A stretch of DNA of 64,000 nt, taken from the NCBI RefSeq assembly GCF_006345805.1, contig NC_042997.1, positions 17,174,001 through 17,238,000 on the forward strand, read 5' to 3'. Position numbers and translations under genes: made by a program. The first letter of the stretch is position 1, and every line of letters starts with the position of its first letter. The stretch comes from Octopus sinensis (lineage: Eukaryota). Shown piece by piece: positions 39,986-51,340 of the stretch. The notes beneath the pieces were generated by a model, which was given only the letters and a program-made list of their open reading frames with translations, ran no database searches and was not told the origin of the DNA.

Positions 39986-40282
39986 CAGGGGTTGGACAAA
40001 ATAATGGAAACATCTAGCATCATAGCATCATAATTTTGAAATATCTATAAAACAATCAAAAGCTTGTTTATTTTTATGTTTTTCAATTTATTATTAGTGT
40101 TGTTTAATATATTTTGCTAAAATTGCTGTTTCATTTCAGATATCATCAGAAAAAGGTAATTAAATTCATTAAAATGACAGATCTATCAGACTTTCAAAGA
40201 GGTCAAATTGTTGGTGCTTATATAGCAGGCACTAGCACAATGAAAACAGCCAAAATGCTTGGTGTATCAAGAAGTACTGTCT
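39986..40282 (+). mobile_element. 5' fragment of the same Tc1 family as 12612-13864
   Basis: TA|CAGGGGTTGGACAAAATAATGGAAACATCT left TIR; intact ATG at 40174 (MTDLSDFQRGQIVGAYIAG...); breaks off into a family A SINE fragment (about 40284-40325). Confidence 0.92.
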
Positions 40283-40529
40283 TGACCCCAAAAGGATGAA
40301 CAGAATTTGAACTCAGAATGTGAATATACACGTTAGTACTAAAGCTGATATAATATCTAGGTAGTTATAGATAAGTTGAGACAGAAAGTGGAAATTTAGC
40401 AGGTATAACTAGCAAGGTAGGCATATATATATGTAGTTAAGTTTGTGTTCACATATTTAATGAATATGTAAACACATAGATTAATTAGAAACACATAGAT
40501 TAATTGCTTATATTCAAGTATATATATAT

Positions 40530-40745
40530 ATTCAAAATGTGACTGCGTGTGTACCATTGGCGATTTTTTTCCTCCATCTTCCCTTCCTTGGATCTTTCCT
40601 TTTCCTATGTTTCTGACAAAGCGCTCCACCCGAAACGTTAAATTCTCCTTCTTTCTTTCCTTTCCTGAGCGTCCAATAACACTATACTTGTTCCATGTCC
40701 TTGCATTGTTGTGCTTTCTCTTTGTATTTTCATGTTTGGATTAAC
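40530..40745 (+). mobile_element. Short Penelope-associated repeat with a decayed hammerhead core
   Basis: GTTT-CTGACAAA-GCGCTCCACCC-GAAACGTT-AAA at 40609-40642; G8 is mutated and stem II is broken. Confidence 0.5.
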
Positions 40746-40778
<33 letters not shown>

Positions 40779-40785
40779 GTATATA

Positions 40786-40831
<46 letters not shown>

Positions 40832-42514
40832 TAGATAGATAGACAGACAGACAGATAGATAGATAGATGTGTGTGTGTGTGTGTGTGTGTGTGCGCATGT
40901 GTGTATGTGTGTATTCCCATCAGAATCATTTCCATGATGATTCTGATGGGAAGAGTAAAGTAATAATAGCATGAAGTAAGGTAATAGATGTTTGAACAAT
41001 AAATTCTTTGAAAGATAGATATGAAGGAGAGAAAGAGAGAGAAAGAAAGAAAAAGAGATAGACAGAATAAATGAGATAAGGGGGAAGTTAGGGATTAGAG
41101 GGAGAGGGTGAAGGTCTATATAAGAAAAAGAAATACTGAAAGTGCATGAGTAGAATTAACATTTCCATTGCTTTACAGGAAGTTTCTGGAAAATGAAATT
41201 GAAAGTCAAAAAAAACAACGAAAAAAAGAAAGAAAATCCCCATCATTTAGCAAATGGATAAAGCTATTTTCCCAATTAGTTTTGAGTAAAGTCATGGAGA
41301 ATATATTGTCACTGCACTAAAATTTAGCTTACACAAACAACAACAACAGCACAATCATAAGTAATGGGAAAAGTAGCAGCAGTAGCAGCAGCAGCAACAG
41401 CAGATATAAATTAATAGAATTAACAGTGGTTCACAATCTATAACAAAAGCGTGATTGTTGTTAGGTAAATGCTATTATTGTTTAACTGCAAGTCAGCTCT
41501 GATACAATGTATCTATGATCAAAAGCATTCCAGTTGTGACCATCCTGTCTTTTTATGCATTTAGGACTATATTGTCGAATGTATCCTTTTTCGCAGACCA
41601 TATGGTGTGATTTGAGGAAGTTTTGTTTATTAGTACTAGTAAGCTGAGACAGTATAATACACCTCTTTTGTTGGTTCATATAGTAAAGGTGTTCTAAGTT
41701 ATGTGTTTAAACCTTACTATGGAGTGTTTGTTGTCTCTCAGTTCCTAATACAGACAAAAAAGTTCTACCACTTTTGCGAAGAAGAATGGTGGTAGTTGTA
41801 AAGATCTATAATTAAAAAACTATTCTAGCCATAACAGTCCTATCTTTTGCTTTATCTTCTTTGGCGGGATGGGGCATAATATAACCTGGGAGAATTTTAT
41901 CCAATGTATCCTTCAATTTTAAGACAGTGGCATGTGGTTTAAAGCTTTGGCTGCTATTACTACAATATTGAGAAACTATATATATATAACTCCCTGAATA
42001 GCTTTAGTAATGAATAGTTGTTGGGAGAGGAGAGATGGATTTGTGAAAATGATTGCTCTAATGAAAAACAATCCTCAATAATGTTAACAAGGAATATTAA
42101 ACAAAGAAGAAAGTGAATTGATCAATTGATCAAAATTGCTGTTGAGCTGAGATTGTGTATCAGGTTTGATCCCCAGTTTATGGAGATAGTTTATACCACT
42201 TCCATCACTAATGTGCATGAGAAAAGACTGAAGTACCATTAAATAGTATTAGAGACAAGGTGTAGTTAATTGTCTTTTTGTCTTTTTCAACAATACTCTT
42301 ATATAAAACAACCCAAAGAAACTTTATTAATGTTATGAGCTAAATAAAAACTGTCTAATTGATGATGGTTAGCCTTAAATGAATGTAACTGGCATTGAAT
42401 GTTTGATGCACAGTAGTAGAAAAAACAAAGAGACAAAATACTGATAACACAGGGGTAAAAGAACTTGTGATTTGATTTTGATGTTGAAGTTGAAACCAAT
42501 TTGTGTTATTTCTA

Positions 42515-42730
42515 AAGCATAAAGCAAGCATAATCATTAGAGCATCAGGAAAAATACTTTGCAGTTTTAGTTCTGGCTTACTACCTTTGAGTTCAAATCC
42601 TAAGAGGTCAACTTTGCCATTCACATAATTTCAGAGCTGATAAAATAAAGTAACTTGCAAGCACTGGGGCTGATGCTATCAACTAATCCCCTCTGCTCAA
42701 AACTGCTACCCTTATGTCTAAATTAGTAGG
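42515..42730 (+). mobile_element. SINE family A, decayed
   Basis: TTGAGTTCAAATCC...GGTCAACTTTGCCATTCA...GCACTGGGGCTGATGCTATCAACT. Confidence 0.65.
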
Positions 42731-43337
42731 TTTAAACAACTTGAGACTGGAAAGTACATTAAGATATATAGATTAAGTATATCTACTGGAGGTGAGTCTT
42801 ACAGATTAAAACCTAAGGCCTATTCAGTAACCTTTTCACAACAATATGAAACCTATGTCTGTGCAAGGACTTCAGTAGTTAGTCAAAGAAACAAATCAAT
42901 ACTCTTTCGTGAAAAGATTGTCCTGGCACTCCTTGCAGTATTTGAGTTGTTCTCTCAACTAATTCCAACTAAGTAATACTGATTTATGTGTTTCTCACCC
43001 CAGTCTTTATTGATTCTTAATCTATTCCACTGACAGCCTATACACTATTGATTATGATTAATTTATCTTTTTGCAAGCCTATATATTATTGCAAATATAA
43101 ACTAAATAAATAAATTTCTTCTTACCACCGCTGTTATTGCTGATGTTGTTTTCTTTATCCTCAACATTAAATTACTATTTCTTGTCAGCAAAATACCTAG
43201 AAAATTTATTTTTTTCAAAAATTTTGTCTAATTTTTCTTTTTACATAATTTTGCCAGAGTTTAGTTGCATGAAAGTTTAGCATAAATATGTATATTTGTA
43301 TGCATGCATATATATATATATATATGTATATAAATAA

Positions 43338-43416
<79 letters not shown>

Positions 43417-43511
43417 TTCATATGTCCATATATGATATAAATGCATATGTATATAAGTATGCAGGTTTTTATGTATCTTGTGAGTTTTCAACAGAACTAA
43501 CTACACATATG

Positions 43512-43542
<31 letters not shown>

Positions 43543-43546
<4 letters not shown>

Positions 43547-43834
43547 TCATCGTTTAACGTCCGCTTTCCATGCTAGCATGGGTTGGACGATTTTGACTGA
43601 GGGCTGGTGAACCAGATGGCTGCACCAGGCTCCAATCTTGATTTGGCAGAGTTTCTACAGCTGGATGCCCTTACTAACGCCAACCACTCTGAGAGTGTAG
43701 TGGGTGCTTTTTATGTGCCACTGGCATGGAAGCCAGTTGGCTGCTCTGGCAACAATCACACTCGGATGGTGGGCTGCTCAGGCAATGATCAGGCTCGGAT
43801 GGTGGGCTGCTCTGGCAATGATCATGCTCGGATG
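43543..43834 (-). mobile_element. RTE-tailed element with three 33-bp tandem units at its 5' end
   Basis: Well-preserved tail CATCATCATCGTTTAACGTCCGC; units at 43739-43771, 43772-43804 and 43805-43834. Confidence 0.88.
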
Positions 43835-43939
43835 TATATATATATATACACATATATATATATACACATATATATATATACACATATATATATACACACA
43901 CATATATATATACACACACATATATATATATACACACAC

Positions 43940-43992
<53 letters not shown>

Positions 43993-44015
43993 CACACACA
44001 TATATATATATACAC

Positions 44016-44046
<31 letters not shown>

Positions 44047-44061
44047 TATATACACACACAC

Positions 44062-44135
<74 letters not shown>
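43835..44135. repeat. Long (TA)/(CA) mosaic microsatellite
   Basis: Visible directly; source of ORFs 43607-44162. Confidence 0.95.
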
Positions 44136-44159
44136 GGTGAGAGAATTGTTATGTGAAAG

Positions 44160-44895
44160 CATAAAACAAAATAGAATGAAAATCTATGAAAGATTTGTAT
44201 TATATGGTTAAAGAATATATTAAAATCGTCATGTTAGGAAAATGTTATAAAATTTTGTGTGTAGTGACATTGTTTTGGGAGAAATAGCTGGTTTCGTATT
44301 TTCTTTTCAAATTTCTCAAATTTCTTTACCGATATTGTGTCCTCTCTTCGCTATGGTGTGATATAGGAGAGTTCCAAACAGTGGGAAGTAATCAGGGATT
44401 TTTTCGGTATAAGGGAGATAATCAAAAAAAGTTGGGAATGATTAGGTTTTTATAAATTTAACATGATTTGGTTTTGACAGAGTAAAATGTTAGAAGTGGT
44501 TAAGTTTTGCTTTATATTTTTCAATGAGGTAAGTTTCCTTATTTAAAAATGCTAGAAATGGTTAAGTTTTGGCTTATATTTTTCAATGAGGTAGGTTTTC
44601 TTAATTAATATAACTTGTGTTGGTGTTCCAATGTCACGTTGATAAAATTGAAAGTTTACAAATTGTGGTAGCTTTGCGCATCTCTCAATGTGTTCGCTAA
44701 AGGGTATCATTCTGTATTCTGGGAATGCAATCTGCTGTCGGTGCAGGGTGCATCTGCATCTGAGTGTTAATCCCATGGACCCTATGTAGTTTTAGTGGCA
44801 GCCTGAGCATCTTATAACATAAATCAGGTTTTCTGAGGCACAAGCAAAATCAGGTTTGAGCATGTTGCACAATTTGGTTGACAACATTTTTTTAC
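44160..44895 (-). mobile_element. Penelope-like element: GIY-YIG endonuclease C-terminus and 3' region
   Basis: Minus strand KCCQPNCATC (Cys motif), then DFACASENLIYVIRCSGCH*NYIGSMGLTLRCRCTLHRQQI..PEYR...SEHIE...KYKPKLN; 62-bp tandem duplication of the ORF end at 44491-44614. Confidence 0.85.
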
Positions 44896-46329
44896 TTTTG
44901 TGTCCATTGTTTTAGAAAATAATTTTGCCTTTGTGAGGATCATTTCTAGCGATTTTGGTTGTTTGAGGCTATTAATGATCTTATGTGTGTGTAAAATTTT
45001 CTTTGATTTGGGGTCCTTATGTTTCAGTCAGCTAAGCTTTTATCAGAATGTAATTCATTTGAGTTCATCTTTATTTTATAAAGTCTCTGCTAATTAAAAA
45101 AAAAAAAATTATTGTTTTTGTTTAACAGAGACTATATAAAGCCTAGATTAGCTTAAATAAATTACAATCCAGTGAGGAATTAGATGGCTGAAACTTAGAA
45201 GTCATAGTTAATATTATTCTTGTTGAATAATATATATATATTATACACACACACATACATATATCCTCAGCCAAAGTCACCCAGCAAGTTCAAGATTTCT
45301 TCAAATAAAAACTCAGTGGGTGGATGAAGGCAATTGCCAAGCAGTTCGATGTGGCCACTAGCAGCTGGATAATCAGATACATATCCAACATAATATAAGG
45401 AAATAGCAGTTTACATTCAGTAAGAGCTGAGAGAACTGGCTGATTGTGTGACCCTTGAACAGGATGTGTTTCAGCTCTTCCACTTTAAACCCTCTGGATT
45501 TACAGCTTCTGGAACATCATTGAGATGTGTGTTTGTGGAAAGGGTGGAGCAGCTGGTGAACTCACAGTTCAAGTTCAAGGACTTATGAGGAGCTGTTTTC
45601 ATAATTGTCATGGTTAGCATGGGTTGAGGACAACTGTTTTTGCAGGCAGTTGCTTCTCTGGTCACACAGAGGCTATCATTGGGAAAAAGATGTGGTCTGA
45701 TTGAATGGCTTGTCTCTTTGATGTATCTAGTTAAAAATGTGTGTTACACATTTCTACTGGTAGTATGCTACTTTTTTCTGTTTAGTGCCTTTGTTTTTGT
45801 TTGTGTTTTGCTCTACTGGAAATGACCTGTGTGTTGATTATATTCATTTGAATGTGTGGAACCATATGACAATCCATGTTCCTTACAGTAATTATTAAAA
45901 ATCCAGACCACTGTAATATAACAGGCTACTTTCAAACTACTCTCACATACCAGTTACATAGTAAAACAAAAATATTTAGGCTATTACTGTAACTGCAATA
46001 TATTGGATGGTATGCAATGAGGAGATATAATAAACTGACAAGTAAAAGGAAATGTTTAATTTATTTTCCTCTCCAGAGGATAAAGGAAGACATCTGTCAA
46101 GAGTTAAAAAATAAAACATTAAATAAAAGAACAAGAAGGGAACTAAAGAAGAGCGAAGTTAATTCTGGAGTAAAATATTTGACTTAATTGAGTTGGTGAA
46201 TAATAAAGACTAAAATAAAAGAAAAAAGTCATCAAAACTAATAAATATAACAAACATTGATAGAAAGGAAAGAAGCTACCCCCACCCTACTTCTCTGACA
46301 ATCTGCTTTCAGAATAGTGTCACATCCTG

Positions 46330-46610
46330 TTACACACCAGTGTTACAGTGGTAGTTTATTGGGTGTGAGGGTGTGTGTGAGTGAAAGAAGCTGGCAGCCT
46401 TAATAAACTGTTTGGAGATGATATTTGAAAATGATATTTCCCACATAGACCAATGAATGAAAGAATAACAGAAACTAAGAACGGGGATCGATGAGTAACT
46501 GGCAGATGTACAAATCAAGAGGTGGGAAGGGGATTATTTCATCAAGTTTTGATGAGATGTGGCCAAGAATGAGTTTACAAAGCATAGCAGAGAAAGCCGG
46601 GTAAGAGATA
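46330..46610 (-). mobile_element. Possible CR1-type LINE 3' end, very decayed
   Basis: Weak resemblance to LC.LYK...G..SSKL..IIP and SFI....MW motifs. Confidence 0.3.
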
Positions 46611-47993
46611 TTTGTAAAACGGAACTATGAAATATAAACAAGGTTACAGTGCATCCTTGTCATTGGGGGGTATTAACTGGTTCACTTCTGGCATACATAT
46701 GAAAGAACAGAAAAAAAAAGAGTAAAACAGCAACAATACACAGACTTGTAAATAAATAAAAGAGAACATACTGAAAACAATATGGATTATATCAGAAATG
46801 CAGGGCCAAAAGAAAAAAATGCAGATAATACTGTAAAATAATGAAGAACTATGTCTTTAGCAAATTCATTTAAAGTTTAAAACAAAATTTTTTGCCTTTT
46901 TTTATAGTAATTGACACTTTCAATATTTTGTTGAAGAGGAACACATATGGTGTGTCATGATGCAGGAAAGCGAAATTGTTTGTTTATGAAAAGAGTATTT
47001 TTTTTTGCATCTTATTTTGTGAAAATTAAGTTGTCAAAAAATAAAAGTGTTCAGGAAATCACAATCTATTTTCTATTTTCTTAAGCTTTTCAATCATAAA
47101 CAAATACAAAAATGACAAAAAGTCAATAAACATTAAAATGAAACATTATTTGTAAGTTTAAAAGATATATTGCGTAATTTATATAATAACCATGTGAATC
47201 TCACATTATAGCATTGGTACACCACATTAATTCAGATTCTAAGAGATGACTGACAGAGTTCACATCAAGAAGGACATCTGACTGTAAAACACTGCTTTAA
47301 AAATCCTATCCAACCTGTAACAAGTCAGAGTTTCATAAGTATAATAAATTTTACATAATTCATTTTTGAAGTGTAACACATGACACCAGTTATATGAACA
47401 GTGAAACTCATAGTAGTACCAAGGAGTAGTCTAAGCACTATACATACTCTCCTTCTGTATTGGGTATTTTTTGCTTGTTTGTTGACGTAAATGCACATGC
47501 ATATAAGAATTATTAATATTGTCAAGTGCAATAGTGAGTATAAAACTGAAGGTAATATTCTGACCAGTTTTATGCCACAACCAGTAATATGACATATAAA
47601 AGTATATAACCACACTATTACTTATGAACTTTCTAAACCCTCTGACGAAGCCTGGAGGCACACCCAAGTACCTTAATCTTATCTACCAAATACTTCAGTT
47701 CACTGAAGGGATCGAAGTAAAGTGGGGTACTATGACATCTTGGCTGAAACAGCTTTAAAATACTATTCTACTTCCTATGCTCTACGTTATATATTTTAAT
47801 AATTACTGGTATTTGTATATTTTATATATAATATAATTAAAGCATAATATGTTATACTTGTATGTATGTTGTTATAATGGTTAAAAAAATAATAAATAGA
47901 CATAATATAATGTCTAAAAGTTGATGAATACCACCTCTTGATCCCCTCCATTTTCTTATTGCTGTATATATATATATATATATATATATCATG

Positions 47994-48210
47994 CTGGGCT
48001 GTGCGTTGTGTTCCAGTTCACTCAGCTGTAGAAATGAGTTGCAGTGTCACTGGTGTCAAGCTGCATCAGCCTTTGCCTTTCTTTCAGATAACATTGGTGG
48101 TGTGGAGAGGGGAGGCCAGTATGCATGGTGACTACTGGTCTTCCATAAACAACCTTGCCTGAGGGTAACTTTCTGGGTGCAATCCCATGGTCATTCATGA
48201 CCGGTCTTTA
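47994..48210 (+). mobile_element. SINE family C, 5'-truncated with internal deletions
   Basis: CCAGTTCACTCAGCTGTAGAAATGAGTTG ... GGTGCAATCCCATGGTCATTCATGACC matches the 13925 copy. Confidence 0.85.
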
Positions 48211-48677
48211 TATATATGAATATCTTTCTTTTTTTTTTAACTCTTTTACCTGTTTTAGTTATATGAGTGTGTCTAAACTAGGATCCTCTTTGAAATACTT
48301 AGTCACTCAAATGGATCCTGATATTTATTGTTTTATAATCTGGTGCTTCTGTTGTTCCCCACTATTTTATGAAATATGTAAATAAACACTAGTTGTCATG
48401 TTGTGAGAGACAAACATAAATACAAATATGCACACATCTTCACATACATACAAACACACATACACAAAATCACATATATTTTTATGTAGTCTGTTACCTC
48501 TTTATATGTCAATATTTCTAAAGCATTAAATGGTGAAAATAAAGGTATGTTAAACTAGAATTTTCTTAATTTTTCCTTTTATCTCTAATCAACTAAACCA
48601 TAATTTTATTTTATTCTATAAATAATGTTTAATTCTCTATATTCCAAAGCAGCGAAAAGCTAAAACACTCTGCATAC

Positions 48678-48745
48678 TGCCTACAGTTAGTAGTCTTCTG
48701 TACTTACCTAGAAAATAAAAATAAATTTAGTTACAGACTTAGTTT
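48678..48745 (-). other. Candidate recursive splice site with 30-nt RS-exon or microexon
   Basis: Minus strand TAACTAAATTTATTTTTATTTTCTAG|GTAAGT (junction 48708/48707); possible second donor CA|GTATGC at 48678/48677. Confidence 0.35.
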
Positions 48746-51304
48746 TTACTCACTACATATTTATTTCTAGTTTTATTTTATTTTTTTTGTATTCCATACA
48801 TCAAATATGTTCAAACTAACTTATTTATTATTTTTCACGTAAATGATTGTTTTAAAATTATCTATTTTGCAAACAATTATATTCATATGCTTAAAAGATA
48901 TTTAAAGTGTATATCACCTTTCTAGGAAACATTTTAAACATACATGGAAAAGTGAATGGTAAAATGATGACGATGATGACGGTGACGATGATTGATGATG
49001 ATGATGATGATGGAATATACATTGGCATGACAGAAATATTCTTTATACAAAATTTCTAACTTTAGTTAGAAACATGGATATGCAAATAAAATTACCAACT
49101 AAGATGAGCAAAATATTGAGGTTAAGCAAAGCTTGATGACAGCTTATTTAAAAACCAAGAATTATCTGTCTATCTGTCTGCCTGTCTATCAATCTATCTC
49201 TCTAAAGACACATACATATAAGTTCAGTAAGTAATATACATCCATTTGATTTACCACTGCTATTGGCAAAGTGTGAATGTTACATCTTCCCTCTCACATA
49301 ACAGATAAGAATTTCCTGAATAAGGCAAATGAATGCACTAAAGTGTTCTATCTTTATACACTATTACTCTTTGAGATTAAAAACATACATCTGTCAATTT
49401 TCAAAACTATCTGTATTTGTAGATCTCCACTAATTGTTTATACAAACAAACACTCATATGTGCCTTCATGTACACAAACACACAAACATATATGCCTTCA
49501 TGCACATACACACACACACTGAGCATCCTTTATGTTTATCATTTTAGGATAACCTTTAAAGAAGCATGCATGTAGGTTTTAGTACTGAAACATATTTACA
49601 AACTATATATTTGGCACAGTTGCTTATGATTACAGACAAAATTAGAAGTTTCATGTCTTATGATCTTAGCACAAATTTAGATAGCTTTTGTCATCTTCAC
49701 TTACTAAAGATTTTATTTTTATTTTATTTCTTTTTTTTGTGAAAATGTCAAATTAAACAGAAGCTAGGAGATAGTTTAGTGCTGCCAGGCTTTTCAAATT
49801 ATGCTGTATAATTGCAATGAATTGTCTTCTATGAGAAAAAAAGTAAAAAATAACCAAAAAACAAATGAAATCGGAATGAAAATAATCTTCATCTACTGTC
49901 AGATTTAATTCTACTTCTCTGATCAAACGATGTGAAGTTAAGGAGGAAAAAATAGAAAAATGTGTCTGTTCAAAGAAAATTGCCTGAAAGAGAGACAAAT
50001 GACTGCAGTGGTATGAATGAAAGATGAGACTGGATGACGCATTCTGAATGAAAAAAGAAAACAAAACCTATATGAGTTGGAAGTAGATAGTAGCCAGGGT
50101 CAAATGCCAGGTAAAAAGATAATAAATAAATGAAAAATAAAAATAATGCATAAAAAGAGATTGATCTCATCAAAAGACATTAGTCCTTGTAGATAAAATG
50201 CTGAAAGATAGATAGCAATATGCAGTTGTCAGCCTTACCAGCTAGCAGCTATATGAAAACAGAGGTATTAAACCTAAAATAATGACAGTGATGATGATGA
50301 TGATATCATAACCGGTATAAAGTAGATGGTCACATATTCTGATGATGGAACTTGAAAGCAAGATCACAGTGTATATTATATTTATTCAAGTAATGAACTA
50401 ACCGATTTTCATGTGGTCTTATTAATATTTGCTTTGCTACTTGTAGCAATATACAGGTTTATTGACATAGCTCAAAACCTATAAAATTTGCTCTGGTTGG
50501 CTAATATGGGTTTTGAGGAAGAAGAATTCAAAAGGGTGCAGCAACTGAATGGTAAAGTGAAAGAATTTATTGACCCAATGGTCTGACTCAAACGCAATCA
50601 CAATACTTGTCCTTAGAAAAATCATATAACACTACTTATCACAGACTGTTTAGTTAAAATTATGCACCACTCCCTTTTCATTATAGAATCTATAGATTGA
50701 CTCTGTAAGTGAAGTCATGCATCTGATATCAAAACATAGCAAAAATGAAATTACCAAAACAATTATGAAAATGTGATGGTAGCAGCAAATGGGTTCATTG
50801 AGAGCAGATATAAATGAACTGTAATTGATTTTGTAATGCTTTGTGTAATTACAAAATAATTTTGATGTTAAGTAAGTGTGTAATTCAGTAATTAGTTTTT
50901 ATGAAGAAGTGCTAAGTAAATTTTCATTAATTTACTTTATTAGTCTAAAATATATATTGACCTAAATGTGTAGTTTTGTTTGATGATTACGGAATAATGT
51001 CATGCAAAAGTAAAGGTTCAGTTTTCAAATACAACTAACATAAATAAACTCAATGATTATTGCTTTTAATATAAGTTGTAGGGTTTCATAATCAATACTT
51101 AATGATAATAAACTTTTTTTGGTATCAGGAAATGTCTCTAAACAAAGTATTTTGCTGTTATTTCATTTGTCAATGCCTGATACAAATCTAAACTTTATTT
51201 TGTTTGTTTGTTTCTCTTTAACTTAAAATAAAATGAAATAAAATAATTGTAATAATTTAAATAAAATTGTTTGTTATTTTGCTTTTACTGTACTCAATAG
51301 TCAG

Positions 51305-51340
51305 AGTTCTGACGATCCCTATAAAAATATTGTAGCTAAG
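51305..51340 (+). other. Possible 36-nt coding microexon (SSDDPYKNIVAK)
   Basis: T-rich tract plus CAG acceptor and a consensus AAG|GTAAGT donor; open in one frame; no recognised homology. Confidence 0.2.

Noticed and set aside
43739-43834. CRISPR-like array
   Set aside because: Contiguous tandem units without spacers, inside a eukaryotic retroelement; no cas genes.
45265-45870. Mariner-like WPxSSPD remnant and a Penelope-like tail
   Set aside because: Too short and degraded to call; needs a profile search.
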